The notes under the pieces: generated by a model
Database searches by the model: none
What the model was told of the DNA's origin: nothing
What the model saw: the letters and a program-made list of their open reading frames with translations, nothing else
Source of the DNA: Elusimicrobiota bacterium
GTDB lineage: Bacteria > Elusimicrobiota > Elusimicrobia > FEN-1173 > JAKLIF01
Direction of reading: 5' to 3'
NCBI GenBank assembly: GCA_022709755.1
Contig: JAKLIF010000001.1
Span: 318,661 to 382,660, forward strand
DNA: 64,000 bases
Translations under genes and position numbers: made by a program
Part shown: positions 61,591 through 64,000 of the stretch, one piece after another
Layout of the letters: each line of letters starts with the position of its first letter
How positions within the stretch are numbered: position 1 is the first letter of the stretch

Positions 61591-62849
61591 AGACCCATCA
61601 CGTCCTGCGCGATTTTTCTGAACACTCGCGCGGTTTTCCCGTCGGAGCCGTTCGACACGAACGGGCGGCCCGCATCGCCCGATTCACCGATGGCAGGATC
61701 GACGGGGATGGATCCGAGGAACGGGACCTTCATATCGCGAGCCATCCTCTCTCCTCCCCCGACCTTGAACAAAGACGCCTCGCCCCCGCAATGGGGACAC
61801 ACATAACCGCTCATATTCTCGATCACCCCCAACACCGGCACGTTCAGTCTCCGGCAGAAGGTGACCGATTTTCGCACGTCCACCGTAGAGACACGCTGGG
61901 GGGTTGTGACGATCAACGCCCCGTCCACGTTCCCGATCAACTGGCAGACAGACAGCGGCTCATCTCCGGTCCCAGGGGGAGAATCCACGATCAGAAAATC
62001 GAGGTCTCCCCAAGCCGCGTCCGTCAGAAACTGCTTGATCGCTCCCATCTTTTTCGGGCCTCTCCAGATGACGGCTTCATCCGGATCGGGCAGAAAAAAT
62101 CCAATGGACAACACTTTGATCCCGCCCGACAATACCGGCACCAGTTCTCCCCCCTCAAAACGGACCGTCTTTCCGTCGAGACCCATCAATGTCGGCACGC
62201 TCGGCCCATGGATATCAGCGTCGATCAATCCGACTCTCTTCCCGGACTGCGCCAGGGCGACAGCCAGATTGACGGCCACCGTGCTCTTTCCCACCCCGCC
62301 CTTTCCAGACAAGACGACGATCTTACGGCCGATCCGGTCCAGTCGGGCCTGCACCCGGCAACGATCCCTGAAATCCTCTTCACTTTCACCAGGCCGCCGG
62401 GAGCCGGCCCCATCTCCGGTCCGTTTCTCGGGATCCCTTCCATCCGTCTCCCCGTTTCGTCGGTAATCCTCGCAGGCCGCCTTCAAGGTGTCGGACGCCA
62501 GGAGCGCGCAATGTTCGGAATCCTGTGGCAAACCGCCGAGGGCTTCCAAAATATCGCGCTGACTGACTTGGGCCGCCGCCGGAATCATTTTCCCTTCTGC
62601 CAAACACGTGGCCATGCTCCCGCTGGCATAAGAGGGCCCGCATCCCGTGGTGGTGAAGTGGGCCTGCATCACTTTCTGATCCTCGCAGAACAGCCACATT
62701 TCCATGGTGTCCCCGCACGGCCCCGTGATCTTCGCATGACCGTTATAGTTCTTCAGCCTCCCGTTGTTCCGCGGGTTCTGAACATGGTCCATCAACGTCT
62801 TCGACACCTTGAATGTATCCATCATCTCCTCCTTGGAAAAATCACCCAC
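61569..62849 (-). CDS. Fusion of an IscU/NifU-like Fe-S scaffold domain (N-terminal) with an Mrp/ApbC/NBP35-type P-loop Fe-S carrier ATPase
   Basis: N-terminal: GPCGDTMEMWL...TGCGPSYASGSMATCLAEG...DSEHCALLASDTLKAA (three scaffold Cys). C-terminal: VLSGKGGVGKSTVAVNLA (deviant Walker A) and CPHCG (CxxC). Confidence 0.8.
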   Translation of the reverse strand: MGDFSKEEMMDTFKVSKTLMDHVQNPRNNGRLKNYNGHAKITGPCGDTMEMWLFCEDQKVMQAHFTTTGCGPSYASGSMATCLAEGKMIPAAAQVSQRDILEALGGLPQDSEHCALLASDTLKAACEDYRRNGETDGRDPEKRTGDGAGSRRPGESEEDFRDRCRVQARLDRIGRKIVVLSGKGGVGKSTVAVNLAVALAQSGKRVGLIDADIHGPSVPTLMGLDGKTVRFEGGELVPVLSGGIKVLSIGFFLPDPDEAVIWRGPKKMGAIKQFLTDAAWGDLDFLIVDSPPGTGDEPLSVCQLIGNVDGALIVTTPQRVSTVDVRKSVTFCRRLNVPVLGVIENMSGYVCPHCGGEASLFKVGGGERMARDMKVPFLGSIPVDPAIGESGDAGRPFVSNGSDGKTARVFRKIAQDVMGLCAETRR

Positions 62850-62887
62850 TCGCCCACAGACCTCAGGACCTCTCCTCCCGAATATGT

Positions 62888-63208
62888 CTAGAAGGAAACG
62901 ACCTTATCATGCGTCTTTATGATGTCGTATAAATCCTTCATCGTCGAAAGAGGACAAATCTCGGTGCCCGGCATATTGCGGAACTTCAGGCAGGTCCCGC
63001 AAGCCAATATTTTTCCTCCATTCCGATGGAATTCCATCATTTGTCCCTTGATGTCATATTTATCCGTGCCGATGTTCTCGCATTCCACTCCCTTGGCCAC
63101 AAGGAAAACAGAGACCTCATCACCCTGATTCTTTGAGAAGTTTGACAGACGAAGAGCATTCCAAACCGCCTCCGCATCCGCCGAATATAAAATAATCCCT
63201 AATTTCAT
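62888..63208 (-). CDS. DsrE/DsrF-like sulfur-relay family small protein
   Basis: 106 aa; MKLGIILYSAD...KILACGTCL (conserved Cys); size and motif fit the DsrE/DsrF-like family. Confidence 0.6.
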   Translation of the reverse strand: MKLGIILYSADAEAVWNALRLSNFSKNQGDEVSVFLVAKGVECENIGTDKYDIKGQMMEFHRNGGKILACGTCLKFRNMPGTEICPLSTMKDLYDIIKTHDKVVSF

Positions 63209-63223
63209 GTGACACCTCCCCTT

Positions 63224-64000
63224 TTATAATTCAAGATTCTTCCAGAGATTCCGAATATCGGCGGCGGCAGGGGATTCCCTTTCAACGACAGACCTCCCCT
63301 CTCTCTGGGCCTGAGTAACGGACCGATCATATCTCACCCGACCCACCGGATGGACGTCCAAAGATCTGGCCCTTTCCTCCAAACGTTCCGTCAGAGAAGG
63401 ATTCAGATCCCATCGATTCACGCATATCATCGAACCAATCCCGAAATGAGCGGTCAGGTTGGCGGCCCTCTCGAAATCATGCAATCCGGATACGGTCGGT
63501 TCGGCGACAAAAAGAGCGCCAGAAACCCCTCCCAAAGACGCTATCACAGGACATCCGATCCCCGGAGGACCATCCACAAGGACCAGATCCAAATTCCGCT
63601 CTTTGGCAATCCGGCGAGCTTCTCTCTTGACTAAACCGACGAGTTTCCCAGAATTTTCACCGGACGGGGCAAGCCGGGCATGAACCAACGGCCCGGCGCG
63701 GGTCTCGAATTCGAACCATTCTCCCGTCAAGCGTTCCTGAAGTTTGACGGCCTTCGAGGGGCAAACCTCATAGCAAAAGCCACATCCCTCACACGCCAAC
63801 GGATCCACTTTGTATTTGGGACGAGGTCGGTCTCCCTCCCGATGAACAGCCCCGAAACGGCAAACAGATTCACACCTCCCGCAACCAACGCACAAATCGT
63901 CCGTTACACATGCGATCTCTCCGGAATAGAATGATTCCCTCCTCCTGACCGATACGTCGAATAAAAGGGGCAGATTGGAACCATCCACGTCGGTATCCGC
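63224..64000 (-). CDS. MinD/ParA-superfamily P-loop ATPase with inserted 2x[4Fe-4S] ferredoxin domain (CooC-like), N-terminus beyond window end
   Basis: CVGCGRCESVCRFGAV...CEGCGFCYEVCP (two CxxCxxCxxxCP motifs), then ...LVLVDGPPGIGCPVIAS.... No Walker A seen, so the true start lies beyond 64000. Confidence 0.75.
   Translation of the reverse strand, partial: ADTDVDGSNLPLLFDVSVRRRESFYSGEIACVTDDLCVGCGRCESVCRFGAVHREGDRPRPKYKVDPLACEGCGFCYEVCPSKAVKLQERLTGEWFEFETRAGPLVHARLAPSGENSGKLVGLVKREARRIAKERNLDLVLVDGPPGIGCPVIASLGGVSGALFVAEPTVSGLHDFERAANLTAHFGIGSMICVNRWDLNPSLTERLEERARSLDVHPVGRVRYDRSVTQAQREGRSVVERESPAAADIRNLWKNLEL

Overview
This is a GC-rich (~60-65 %), gene-dense bacterial chromosomal segment. 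From ~5.3 kb to the window end (64 kb) every gene but two lies on the minus strand.

Contents, left to right:
- A partial RND efflux pump, a tRNA-Met(CAU), a secreted PhoA-type alkaline phosphatase carrying Ig-like repeats and a T9SS/FlgD-like C-terminal domain, and gpmA.
- A tightly packed minus-strand block at 5.3-19.1 kb: a CZB-domain protein, a TonB-dependent receptor, FIVE tandem diverged paralogs of a ~600-aa GT-C-like polytopic membrane protein, a secreted hypothetical protein and a coiled-coil protein. This is the most unusual feature.
- A low-GC two-gene island (CZB protein + membrane-anchored SGNH hydrolase) plus a lone DRE-TIM aldolase.
- ftsB-eno-pgm.
- A ~23-kb co-directional nucleotide-metabolism supercluster: nrdR-nrdJ-dcd-IMPDH-like-guaA-purC-purS(tandem)-purL-purQ-purF-purK-purE-purD-pyrR-pyrB-pyrC-pyrD-pyrF-pyrE-purM-purN-crcB-DUF190. 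Many junctions have 4-bp start/stop overlaps, including across the purine/pyrimidine boundary.
- Ferritin and katG.
- A GH130-like phosphorylase with an N-terminal extension, next to a GT4 glycosyltransferase fused to an (alpha/alpha)6-barrel domain.
- A secreted PLD-family protein, a GNAT, and a SAM-methyltransferase-TM-M23 peptidase fusion with an HxH->HxD variant.
- An Fe-S/sulfur-trafficking cluster: MBL hydrolase, NifX-like, SufS, IscU-Mrp fusion, DsrE-like, ferredoxin-MinD ATPase (partial).

No CRISPR arrays, transposases or integrases were seen. All functional calls rest on motif-level reading of the provided translations; no database searches were run.
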